From the human T2T-CHM13v2.0 reference genome, Homo sapiens: a DNA stretch of 64,000 bases. The position numbers were made by a program, and so were the translations under genes. Of this stretch, positions 1-12,018 are shown piece by piece. Under the pieces are notes generated by a model. It searched no databases. It had not been told where the DNA came from and worked only from the letters and a program-made list of their open reading frames with translations. The stretch lies in the NCBI RefSeq assembly GCF_009914755.1, contig NC_060928.1; one strand, 5' to 3'. Within the stretch, counting starts at the first letter, position 1. Every line of letters starts with the position of its first letter.

Positions 1-267
1 CTAGGATATTTTTCTTTGCCAGGGCAGGGGAGCATTTTTAGTCTAAATTTAGTTAGGCATCAGCTATTTCAATTTTTCCATGCCAAAATGTTTTCTATTT
101 GTGCATTCCAGAATATCTTCACACTTTACAAATATTTACGTCTTTCTCTCTTGCATGTTATCGTTGTCAGAGAAGAATGTGACCATTAGCTCCAGGGGAA
201 GGATGAGAGACATGAGAAGAACAATCTCAGGCAAGCTGAGTCAAAACTAGCCAAATTTTTAAGCTAA

Positions 268-335
268 GTGTCAGAGGATATTTTTTCCATAAAAGGAAAC
301 ACAGTAAATAATTTCAGCTCTGGGGCCATACAACC
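268..335. mobile_element. MER58-like hAT DNA transposon fragment
   Basis: ttttttccataaaaggaaacacagtaaataatttcagctctggggccata resembles the recalled MER58 terminal region. Confidence 0.4.
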
Positions 336-698
336 TATTTTATTTGCATTTAGTGGCATAGTACCTGTTATAATTAGCTTGAAATTTATGCTAAGCAAGA
401 ACTATAAAATTAGATAGCATCCTAAAAATTTTTACCTATCATCTGCAAATTAAAAACAAAACAATAACTGATTGGCAGATTTACAGTAATCAATTATACT
501 AAAACTATATATAAAACATGTATATTTGTGTTTGCAGGCGTGTGTGTATCTAAGAATCACAATTAATATGGTCTTATGTGTATATGGTAATCATTAATCT
601 ATTAAACGAATGTATTTGGTCCTCTACTTTTTAGGCAGATGGTAGAATAACATTTTTTGCCCATCTCTCATTAGGATTATATGGAGTCATGTGACTAG

Positions 699-1325
699 TA
701 TGAAAGGAAAATAAATCTCAGGACCCCAAACTCACTAAGCCAAGGGGAAAACTCAAGGTGGGAACTGAGTCTTAAACCTGTCTCCCATTTTGTTCCTAAA
801 TAAGATAGCTACAAAGATAAAAAGCTACATACTCCCCTCACAATTTGCCCACAAGGAAATTCCTTGTGGGCCCCCAAATCTTTACCCATAAAACAGGTCT
901 GTTGAATTTCACCATGGCAATGTAAATTGATAGCTTATCTTTACAGGCTCAGGACAAAGGACAGAACTCAAAGTCATTCCTCTGCTCACTTGAGACAAAT
1001 GTATATCTGATTGCTTCCTCTGCCCTGTTGTTTACATTATGTTATGTAAAATATTCCTCTTCTCTCCTCTCACATGTAAATTATATATTCAGTAAAAGCC
1101 TGATCAAAGACTCAAAAGAATGCAGCCGTTTGTCTCTTATCTATCCATACCTTTAATTTTTTCCTCTTTCCCCAATATCCGCCATTCCTCTTTAAATATT
1201 AAAGCCCCTCAAAATCATCTTTGAAGAAAGGCATAGACCTGTCTCCCAGGCGAATGTCCTTAACTTTAGCAAAGAAACCTCCTAAAATGATTGAGACTTG
1301 CCTCAGTCATTTTCATTGATTCACA
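699..1325 (+). mobile_element. Solo ERV1 LTR, MER4 family (MER4A/C-like)
   Basis: Starts tatgaaaggaaaataaatctcaggaccccaaactcactaagccaag and ends ttcaca; 4-bp TSD CTAG at 695-698 and 1326-1329. Confidence 0.85.
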
Positions 1326-1350
1326 CTAGCTCTCGCCAATAAGGTAACAT

Positions 1351-1785
1351 TGTAAGATTTTCCCCAGGCTGAAAGCTTAAGAAGATGAATAACTCCTCCT
1401 TTCTCAGGCCCAGTCCCAAGGTGCAAGACCACTTGCATCAGCAGGGTGCATCAGCAGCATGTGCCAGCAAGACAGCAGAAGCAGGAAGAGAGCCGGCGGG
1501 AAGACATCTACTCTGGCGGGAAAACACATACTTCTGAAGATCTAGAAGGATGCTGTCTGGGTACTATGTGGTAGTTACGTCAGACTAGGACACTTCCTGT
1601 TTACAGGAGACTACAAAACCTTTGCCCCATCCTCACTTGGGGCTGAGGCCATTTTAGGCCTGATGCCATCTTAGGCCTCAGCCCTCTTGCACCCAGGTGC
1701 TCATTGAAACAGCATGTTGCTCCACACCGCCTCCTGTTGTCTGTTGGCACACTCTCGGAATTTGAACTGATACAAAAACCTTACA
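1351..1785 (+). mobile_element. Solo ERVL-class LTR, LTR18-like
   Basis: TGTAAG...CTTACA termini; 5-bp TSD AACAT at 1346-1350 and 1786-1790; internal sequence resembles the recalled LTR18 consensus. Confidence 0.75.
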
Positions 1786-4149
1786 AACATACGGTAAGTG
1801 ACATAACACGTATTATCATTAGATTGAGGATTTTCAGAACTGACATTGCCTCTGATATAACACGAACTCTTAAGATGGCAGATGCTCAGTCAGCTTGGAT
1901 CCTTTAAGGGCTGTGATTGTGGTCCCCTGTTGCTGTCTGCAAATGGACATGTAGTATAAATGACAATTATCTTGTTTTGTCATATGAATTTGGGGTTGCT
2001 TATTGTCACCATGTAACCACATATAAATCTTGCGTATATAAATGCTCAAGATTTGGTTCCAATACTGTATTTAGTTTCAGAGTTACCTTTTGAAGTTTAA
2101 TATGTATTACAAAATAAAATAACTTTCAAGTCAATATTGCAGTCATCCTATTTAAAAGGCAAATATTGTTTACTTTTCACAACCACATCATTAATTTACA
2201 AATTTCACAGGGCCTAAAATTTTCTCCACATGAAGTTAAATATAATATTTCAGAAAATAAATATAAGTGTCACATGTAGTTCCAGCAGATATACTTGGCT
2301 CTTACAATCAAGCCTTAAAATTGCTAATGTAGACCAAACCAATTTCTTTATGTACACTAAGCTTCTATCAGAAAGTCTAAAGCAAGTCAATTATGGTCTG
2401 TAAAGAAATACCATAAAATGTTCCTCCATACAAACAAAAGCAAATAAATGACACGCTGGATGAATTTTTCTTATCTATAAGTAATTCTTACATTTTTCAA
2501 AAGGAATTGAGGTCTGGTGCCTTGAAATAATGCAATTGTTAATCTGTGAGTTGTTGTGTCTTTTCTTTGACCTAAGTTGCTTCTCAAAGCACGTTAATAT
2601 AAATTCTGCATTGCAAGTATCCTCTCTTGATTTAAGGAAATGAAAGGGCAAACGAATCACCACACACTTTTCTTACCTTTTACCGCACAATCAATTGCAT
2701 TCAATCTGTTGCTAGAAATCCCCTAGTTCTGCTTAGCACTAAATCACTGGTATTCAAAGTTTTATTGCACATTCACACTCATTTGTCATTTGCAGGAAGT
2801 CTAATTGAGAGAATTTACAGTTGGTTGTGTGCTTCATTTAGATTGTGCATGTTTAATAAAAGCTTTTTAAGATACTAATCTCAGCTCAGGAAACAACAAA
2901 AGTGTTTGAGGGTTAAAGAATAAAACATAGCAGGTAAATGTTATGGTGTGACATTTCCTTATAATGTTTCCAAGTAACTGCATTTACTGGGTTTGAATTG
3001 TTTTTACACATATAATGTGCTTTGCTGGAAAAATTTAGCCTATTAGTTATACCATGTGACAAAAATGTGAAGGTAGAATTACTCCTCAGTCAAAATGCTG
3101 TGGTTAACAGAAAATAGTGTTAATAATCATTGCCCTGTAGGAGAAAGCCTAAAATAATATCTTGAGTAAAATAATCTTGAACATCTTCTCATAAAAATAA
3201 ATCTAATTAAATTGTAGAAACTGACTTCAGCCTATGTTACTCTGCAGTCATTTTAAAATGTGATTCTGATTTTCAGCTTGAACATTAAACCGTATGCGTT
3301 GTTTATGGGATGGTACTACACAGTGGGAACTCGTTTTACAAAAATAACCCTCATTGCCATTTAGACTTTTATTTCAACAAAAATACAAAACTGTAAATAA
3401 GAATGACCAAAGGTTAAGATTCAAAACATGGTAGAAAAATACATCAAAGAACCCACAGACATCAGCATCTGCATTCTCTCTGAGTTAGTGTGCTAAAACT
3501 GGCCACATAACAATAAGAAAAGTCAGATGATGCTGTTGAACAATGCTATGTAACAAAAATGGAAGCTTTGAACCATCTCTTTTAGTGGGAAGTTGATAAG
3601 AACTGCAAGTTTTCTCATTTCCCAGTAAATGTGAGTGTGTTGCTTTTTTCTTTAGTGTGGTGTACTAAGTGCTGGTATTACTGCATGACACTGAGCTGCT
3701 ATTTAAACTCCGTTGTTTCTAAATAAGCTCTTTTCTTAAATGAAAGTGTTAATCCACCATTACTACTTAGCACATTTGGATAAGAATTTGAGGAAAAAGA
3801 TACATGCATTCTTTGGAAATTTTGTTGATAATAAAGTGAGGCATGAGAAAATTTAGTATATTATAATAGAAGAATTTATCTTTATTTAGAATGAATTTAC
3901 GGTGCACAAAATGAAGAAAAACATTCTCTAACTTACACAGATGGCCAAAAGTAGTAATATCAAGTAGAGTAATGAAAATATTCTCACTGCTTTGGTCATT
4001 GGACAAAATTTTTCTAAATAAGAATATTTGAATTGATTTTTATTTTAATTAAATTTGAATCAGACTCCCTTGCCTTGTATAGTTTGGAAAGCTTAAAGAG
4101 GAATGATCGAGGGAAATACTGTGATAACATGGAGGAGAAGGTTTCAAAC

Positions 4150-4460
4150 AGGGAACAATTAAGCATCTTCTATAATTTTCTAGATGTTGGAGGCGGAGCA
4201 GTGAACAAACATTCTTCCTGTGTCCACACAGCATACATTCGGGTGACGAAAAGAGATGTATAAGCAAATAAAAAACTAAATGTCTTCTTTATACATTTTA
4301 TTGAGAAAAAACTTGCAAAAAGAGGGTGGATGTGAGGTATGTGACGATATTTTGTATAGAGTGTCAGTAAGGGTCTCACTGACAATCTGATATTTGAACA
4401 GAAACTAGGTAGAAGTATCTGAGTGCACCATATGGCTCACCAGGGAGAAAAATGATCAAC
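4150..4460 (-). mobile_element. L2 fragment
   Basis: Degenerate L2 3'-region motifs (gtcagtaagggtctcactgacaatctgatatttgaacagaaac). Confidence 0.55.
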
Positions 4461-4683
4461 ACTTTAAGTCTAGATTTAAATCAAGTCAAAATTAGCTAAA
4501 GCAACATTAACAGCAACATACAATAAAATTGTCTCTTGAGTCATTAATTCCTTGAAAGCTTTTTTCAATACAGCACAAGATTAGCAGTCTTTATCCTCAT
4601 TTACCATTTCCTTCATTTCTTTTCTGAGCTGGCTTCATCTCTTGCCCTGGCTTTCATAACACTAGACCCTCAATGCAGTCTGC

Positions 4684-5048
4684 TGTTTTAGGCGGTTCAT
4701 GCCACTTTAACAGGATCCCTGAGATAGGGTAATTTATTTAAAAAAATTTATTTCTTATAGTCTGGAGCCTGGGAAGTCCAATATCAAGGTACCGGCATTC
4801 ACTGGTCATGGCCCATTCCTCATAGACAGTGCTTTCTCCAAGTGTCCTTTCCTGGTGAAGGGACAGAAAGGCAAAAACGGACCTACCACTGTATAATGCC
4901 ACTTTTATGATGTCCTTAATCCCATTCACAAAGGAGGAAATCTCCTGACTGAATCATTTCCTAAAGGTACCACCTCTTAATACTATTTCTTTGGGAATTA
5001 AGCTTTAACATAAATTTGGGACGGGATCCAAACATTCAAACCATAGCT
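4684..5048 (-). mobile_element. MaLR LTR (MLT1A/MSTD-like)
   Basis: tttatttcttatagtctggagcctgggaagtccaatatcaagg...ccacctcttaatac...aaacattcaaaccatagc matches reverse MLT1A/MST. Confidence 0.8.
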
Positions 5049-5066
5049 CTGTTTAACTACTAGTAG

Positions 5067-6696
5067 TGTGTCCAGAATTGGTGGGTTCTTGGTCTCACTG
5101 ACTTCAAGAATGAAGCCGCAGACCCTTGCGGTGAGTGTTACAGCTCTTAAGGTGGCGCGTCTGGAGTTTGTTCCTTCTGATGTTCGGATGTGTTTGGAGT
5201 TTCTTCCTTCCGGTGGGTTCGTGGTCTCGCTGGCTCAGGAGTGAAGCTGCAGACCTTCGCAATGAGTGTTACAGCTCTTAAGACAGCGTCTGGAGTTGTT
5301 CATTCCTCCCGGTGGGCTCGTGGGCTCGCTGGGTTCAGGAGTGAAGCTGCAGACCTTCCCAGTGAGTGTTACAGCTCTTAAGGCAGCACGTCTGGAGTTG
5401 TTCATTCCTCCTGGTGGGCTTGTGGTCTCGCTGGCTTCAGGAGTGAAGCTGCAGACCTTCGTGGTGAGTGTTACGGCTCATAAAAGCAGTGTGGACCCAA
5501 AGAGTGAGCAGTAGCAAGATTTATCGCAAAGAGCGAAAGAACAAAGCTTCCACAGTGTGGAAGGGGACCTGAGCAGGTTGCCACAGCTGGCTCCGGTAGC
5601 CTGCTTTTATTCTCTTATCTGGCCCCACCTACATCCTGCTGATTGGTATAGCCCAGTGGTCTGTTTTGACAGGGCGCTGACTGGTGTGTTTACAATCCCT
5701 GAGCTAGACACAAAGGTTCTCCATGTCCCCACCAGATTAGCTAGATACAGCGTGTCAACACAAAGGTTCTCCAAGGCCCCACCAGAGTAGCTACAGAGTG
5801 TGGATTGGTGCATTCACAAACCCTGAGCTAGACACAGGGTGCTGATTGGTGTGTTTACAAACCTTGAGCTAGACACAGAGTGCCCATTGGTGTATTTACA
5901 ATCCCTGAGCTAGCATAAAGGTTCTCCAAGGCCCCACCAGAGTAGCTAGTTACAGAGTGTCCATTGGTGCATTCACAAACCCTGAGTTAGACACAGTGTG
6001 CTGATTGGTGTATTTACAATCCCTGAGCTAGACATAAAGGTTCTCCACCTCCCCAGACTCAGGAGCCCAGCTGGCTTCACCCAGTGGATCCCACACCAGG
6101 GCTGTAGGTGGAGCTGCCTACCAGTCCCCCTCCGTGCACCCGAACGCCTCAGCCCTTGGGTGGTAGATGGGATTGGGCGCCGTGGAGCAGGGGGCGGTGC
6201 TCGTCGGGGAGGCTCGGGCCGCACAGGACCCCACCGGGCGGTGGTGCACAAGCATAGTGGGCTGCATGTCCCGAGCCCTGCCCCGCGGGGAGGCAGCGAA
6301 GGCCCGGGGAGAAGTCGAGCGTAGAACCGGTGGGCCTGCACAGCTGGGGGACCCAGTACACCCTCCGCAGCTGCTGGCCCGGGTGCTAAACCCCTCATTG
6401 CCCGGGGCCGGCAGGGCTGCTCCCAGTGCGGGGCCTGCCAAGTCCACGCCCACCCGGAACTCCAGCTGGCCCGCAAGCTCCACGCGCAGCCCCGGTTCCC
6501 GCTCGCGCCTCTCCCCCCACACCTCCCTGCAAGCTGAGGGAGCCGGCTCCGGTCTTGGCCAGCCCAGAAAGGGGCTCCTACAGTGCAGCGGTGGGCTAAA
6601 GGGCTCCTCAAGTGCCGCCAAAGCAGGAGCCCAGGCAGAGGAGGCGCCAAGAGCGAGCAAGGGCTGTGAGGACTGCCAGCACACTGTCACCTCTCA
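5067..6696 (-). mobile_element. Full-length solo LTR12C (HERV9 LTR)
   Basis: Minus strand begins TGAGAGGTGACAG and ends CCAATTCTGGACACA; 4-bp TSD GTAG at 5063-5066 and 6697-6700; GC-rich U3, tandem enhancer repeats and U5 repeats are present. Confidence 0.95.
5570..6050 (-). promoter_or_regulatory. ERV9/LTR12 promoter-enhancer (NF-Y CCAAT repeats, GATA, AATAAAA TATA-equivalent)
   Basis: About six ATTGG (CCAAT on minus) in tandem units between 5640 and 6010; minus-strand AGATAAG at 5614-5620 and AATAAAA at 5605-5611; matches the known ERV9 LTR layout. Confidence 0.7.
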
Positions 6697-6980
6697 GTAG
6701 TATAACATCAAATAGCCTGCACAACTACATCCTTATCCCTCTCCGTTTTTGTTTATATAACCATTGCAGATTTAAGAGAAATAAGGAATTCACCCACTCA
6801 CTCTAAAAGTTAACTTTTTTTCCATTTAACAATACATTAGTTTCTTCAATATTTGTCTATTATCCTATAATGCATTCATATCTTCAATATTGGTGTAAAA
6901 TTCATATCACTTGGAAAAGACATCCTTGCATTCCAGTGAGGTCACATTACCATTCATTACTCCTGCTTAGAAAATAAGTA

Positions 6981-7635
6981 CATATTAGTTTCTATTGCTG
7001 TTTCAACAAATTACTGCAAACTTAGTGGCATAAAACAACATCAATTCATTATCTCACATTGTTATTGAGTCAGAAGTCCAGGCAAGGCAAGGCAAGACTT
7101 AACTGGTTCTCTGGTTAGAGTCTCACAAAGCCAAAACCAACATGTCAGCAGGGCTGCATTCTTTTCCAGAGGCTCTTGGGATGAATCTGCTTCCAAGTTC
7201 ATTCAGACTGTTGGCCTAATTCAGTTCTTTGCAGCTACAGTAGCCCCTGTTGCAGCTGCTGAGTATAAGCCAGAGGGGGGCTTTACCCTCAGAGGCTGTC
7301 TACATTTCCTATGTTTTACACACACCCCTGTCCCCAGCAGCAGGTCTGGTCCACACACTCCAAATATTTCTGACCTCCCCTTACCCTCATCTCTCTTCTG
7401 CCTCCCTTTCAGATGCATTTCTATGATCCCAATTAGAGATTTTCTCTACTTTCAAGGACTCAAGTGTTTTGATTGGGCCCACCCAGATAACTGAGAACAA
7501 TCTCCCTATTTTAAGGTCAGGTAACTTTGATTCCACCTGAAAAGTCCTTTCAAAGCAGCTCCTAGATTAGTGTTTGCTTTAATAACCAAGGGACAGGAAT
7601 CTTGAAGGAATATCTCAAGAATTCTGCCTACCACA
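6981..7635 (-). mobile_element. MaLR LTR MLT1E1/E1A-like
   Basis: Minus strand begins TGTGGTAGGCAGAATTCTTGAG; near-TSD AAGTA/AAGTG. Confidence 0.85.
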
Positions 7636-8049
7636 AAGTGCTAGCACATTTTGTCAGTTTGCACTATCTTAAGAGTAACTGTTTAATCTTCATAATTTTC
7701 TATTATAAATTAAAGCTATTATCATTTTATGTTAGAAATAGGAAAGGCTTTTATTTACTGTTCTAAAGGAGAGTAGTTCAAGTGCCTCTATAACCTGAAC
7801 TCAAAAATAGTTGCTTAATCCAGCTTAATTTAAAACTATTCTCTTGACTCCTGCTCATCTAGAGGTAACATCATCCTACATGCAATTTATGTGATTATTT
7901 CAGGAGGAAGATGTGCTCTGGAATTATATAGATGTTGGTTTAGGTTCTGTTCCATGTCTCACTGGGTAAAGAATATTGGGTAAATTACTTAAATCACATT
8001 CAATATTGCACTAGAATTACAATATCATGATTTTTAAAAGGCATAATTT

Positions 8050-8130
8050 CTTTCAATAATCGAGTATTCAAAAGATAATCACTTTCAAGTATTCAAATCG
8101 AGTATTCAAATCGAGTATTCAAAAGATAAT
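8050..8130. repeat. Complex local direct repeat (AATCGAGTATTCA x3)
   Basis: 22-mer aatcgagtattcaaaagataat at 8058-8079 and 8109-8130; 13-mer copy at 8096-8108. Confidence 0.9.
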
Positions 8131-9004
8131 GCTAACTGAAATAGTGACAAGAGTTTTAATGTTAATTCCAGATCCTTAAGGTAAAATTAACTAATTAGCT
8201 TTTTAGGCAAGTTTATGTTTATAATAGTGTCAACTATGAGCTTCAGCTTCTACACACCATTTGTTTGTTTATTCTATAAGTTTTAATTAGATATAAGTAA
8301 TTCAAAACACAGAATAACAGATCTTATAGAGAAGGATTCCTAAAGCACAAATAAAAAGGAGGAGAATTTGACAATACACATTAAATTAACGATAGAGTCT
8401 AACTATAAAATTTGCAAACATATTTGGATATGGAGCCAAATTAGAAAATTCACGATTAGAAAGTCCTTAATGCATTAATAGTACCCACATTTTCTTTTTG
8501 TATGATTCAATTAATATATTAGATATTAGAGAAAGCATTACCTGACTTGTATTATAGATGTATGGCCTTCAAAGTTGTTTAAAATAGAAAATAAAATAAT
8601 TTTCATAGTAAATAAAATAAACAAGAACTAAACATAATGTTTAACTTTTAAAATTCAGAGCTGAATAAAATATGTGTGTATCTGTAAAGTATGTGTGTGT
8701 GCATACACATATTTTTTACCCAATTTTTATTATATTGTAATTTCAAAAAATAAAAAGAAATCAACATAATGCAAGTTTGTTCACTTTCCCAAGATTCATG
8801 AAGCCCACTTAATTAAATTACTATAAAGAACCCATTGATCAGTATGTTATTATTCATCATTAGTTGCAGCATGGAATTTGTATCTGTTTTCTCTTGAACT
8901 CTAGGTCCTGTCAAATTAAAAAATAATCTGTAAATATGACAAACAATTTACAAAAAAAAAAGAGATAAATTCTGTTAATAGAGACTACACAATAAGAATT
9001 CCCG

Positions 9005-9328
<324 letters not shown>

Positions 9329-9589
9329 TTAATTGTTGACAAATTTAATTCACAAGAAAAATATTCTTGTGTTTATTGGTATATTGGATAAAATTTGAAG
9401 GTTTTTCTAGCACATTGTAGTATCCTAAAGAACGTAGCTTTTAACAGCTGTTATAACTTTAAGGATTTGGCATTTTCTATACTAAAAAAAAAAAAAAACC
9501 ACTACAGGAAAATGGGCTGGGAAAAAGTTAAGCTTACCACACTGGAAGCAAGAACCTCTCTTTTCTATGATTTTTAACTCATTTCCAGG

Positions 9590-10250
9590 CCACCCGCCTA
9601 GTTTTCTGGATGGTGAGATTTCTTTTCCTTAGACTAAAGCCAGAGAAATTGTTCAAATACCTTAATTCTGAGACTCTGCTTGGCACGCACAGGGTTACTC
9701 AGAGGAGCAACACTGCAGCATTTTCATAGCGCGGCATAAAAATGGAGGTTTGCGTGTATCAAATCCTTGACAAATGTTCCAGCAGTTAAGTAAAACTTTG
9801 TTTATATTGCGTGCCTCTCAGCAGAAATTAAGAACTGTGGAAACAATTCACGCAAGTGGTGGGCAATCTTCTCTCGTTCTCTCTTAGTGAATATGACAAG
9901 CTCACCTGCTGTGGGAGGCTGAAAATAAAAGACAATCTCACCACATTAATAAAACATGAGCCACAACTGAATCTGAGGCCAACTAAACCACCAGAGATCT
10001 AGTGTGACGCTTAATTTTGTCGATGATGGAAGTACTTTAGCCCAAGGTAACTTTCATGGAGGCCATATTTGCGTGCAAACCTTCACTTAAAGCACTACCG
10101 CCGGGCAGAGTTAATGTTCATGGGAGTGTAAACTTACAGTAAAAGGCAGGAACCACATAAGAAGCTACATCACTCAAGCCAGTAAACTTTGGTAGTGGTG
10201 TAATGTTTTATTGAAGCTCATTTCTCCTCAAAGGAGATCTGAAAATCCAC
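9590..10250. promoter_or_regulatory. Candidate enhancer with clustered XRE-like (TTGCGTG) motifs
   Basis: TTGCGTG at 9750-9756(+), 9807-9813(+), 9849-9855(-) and 10069-10075(+); GCGTG core at 9684-9688(-); elevated CpG in non-repeat DNA. Confidence 0.55.
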
Positions 10251-11486
10251 TTAGTGCCCTCAGAAAATTGTCTGTTTGGACTGCATGAACTGGTTCCCAA
10301 TCACAGAAAGATCAAAACATCAAAAGAAGCTAATAGGGTTTTGCCATGAAATACAGTCCCAAGAGATCTAGAATTAAAAAGGGGCGGGGGAGGTTTCCAG
10401 GGTAACTATTAAGTTCGAGGTTTTGCTGGAATTAGGGGAACATACTTCAGTAAAGAGAAGGATAGGGGAGACAGAAGAAACATACATGAGAAAGGGGAAA
10501 TCAGAAGGAATAAAAAATAAGAAAAAAGCAATTATTTCCTTGGAAGTGGAAAAAAGGAAGACCCAGCAAATTGAGTAAAACCATTTTTAAATTTCTTATC
10601 AGTCATACAGTATTTGAAAATGATGCTGAGGCACTGAAACAGAATTATGGTGATTCAGATGAAAAACATTCCTTGGAAAGTCATTTTGAATAATAAGAAT
10701 TCATAACAGAATGCTGCCAGAGAAAAGACATTTTGTGAAAGAGAATTTTTCCTTCTGTCAATTTTATATTTGTAGGCACAGATTTTAAAATTATGTTTTC
10801 ATTTATTTCTACCTTTGTTTCTTGAGACCAAAAATTTGATTTCTTTAATTAATAGTAATAATTCATATTCTCAATCAGATAGTGTAAATGAGAATATGAA
10901 GAGAAGGCATATAAAACTGTTGATTATTGAAGAACCCTGGAATTTGCTGTTGATCTGAACCTCAGTTATTTGTGAGATTTTAACCAAAGGCTTACGGAAA
11001 AAGTTTATAAAGGAAAAAGTGCAATTTATGAAAAGTTAATACTTCTCAGTTGCAGTATGCTTCAGTTTATCCTGAGTATACTAACACCATGGTTTAGGAG
11101 GGAAATGTTTTATCACCTTTTGTACAACTGCAAAATGTTATATCTAATAACTCATAGGAATTCTTTTTGGAGAGGATGGCACCAATGAACTGGTTTATAA
11201 ATTTATTACATAGGATTCTGCTATTTTTGGTAAAGGTGTTAGATCACAAATTTAGAATCATATATTCTCATATTTGTGAGATCATACATGTCATTCTCTT
11301 TTCTTTCTTAGATTTCATAGCAAAAAAAGCTTTTAAGATAGGAATAAAGTAAATTATTGAAATGTATGTCACCCTGACAACTCTTGGTATTAAACATGAA
11401 CCTAAGCCAAACATAGACTTTTAGAAATGATTGTCATTGAGATAAAGGTTTCTCCTGTTCTTCCATATCCTAATAAAACATTACCT

Positions 11487-12018
11487 CAGGGAGGAGTTGC
11501 AAATTTCTTCCTCTTCTGGCTGAATTCAGCCAGCATATGCATTTCATGTGGCCCAGACACACTTTTATTTTTCAATTTTTAATAACTTGGTCTAATTTTG
11601 GAATATGAAGTGGTTTTACACTCGAAATCTGCATTCCAGCTTCTCTTGAAAGTTAGAAGATCTGGCAATACCAAGCCCCTAATATCAGTGGCCACCAATC
11701 AGCTTGAGTCATGCCAGTATGGGGTCCTGTAGCCAAACTTCTGCAGCCCACCACCGTCTCTCTGAAACAAAAATTTGCCATTTATCATCTCACTTGCCCT
11801 AATTCAAATTATATTTTTCAGTAGCCAGTGTCTTTCCAAAGGAAAATGTGGATAAAATAAGAAAGCTTTATAGTTAAAAAAAATCGAAGACTGTATTTTC
11901 GTGTGGTGATGAAAAGTGTGCCTGTGTTTAACATATAATGTATGCCTATGTCTTCTACCTGGACTCTTCACTCACCTTACCTGTCTGTCCCTTGTGTGCA
12001 TTTACATTTTAACCCTTG
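11487..12018. mobile_element. MER102-like hAT-Charlie DNA transposon
   Basis: cagcttctcttgaaagttagaagatctggcaatac and terminal cttcactcaccttacctgtctgtcccttgtgtgcattt...aacccttg resemble MER102. Confidence 0.7.

Larger units (their letters stand above)
620..2040 (+). mobile_element. Old MaLR LTR (MLT1J/H-like), interrupted by two younger LTRs
   Basis: gagtcatgtgactag|ctctcgccaat is contiguous once the inserts are removed. The 3' part aagatggcagatgctcagtcagcttggatcc...tttggggttgcttattgtcacc matches the MLT1 pattern. Confidence 0.6.

Noticed and set aside
848-870. Palindrome cccacaaggaaattccttgtggg
   Set aside because: Part of the MER4 LTR consensus as I recall it, not locus-specific
5129-5480. 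Regularly spaced repeats (gtgagtgttacagctcttaag...gtgaagctgcagacctt) that look array-like
   Set aside because: Standard LTR12 U5 tandem repeats; not CRISPR, since there are no unique spacers and the context is eukaryotic
5973-6700. Overlapping long ORFs (225, 190, 177 aa) on both strands
   Set aside because: All lie in the GC-rich U3 of LTR12C, where stop codons are scarce; low-complexity Pro/Arg/Ala/Gly products with no domain
7268-7282. CTCF-like ccagagggggc
   Set aside because: Spacing does not fit the CTCF core; lies within MLT1E
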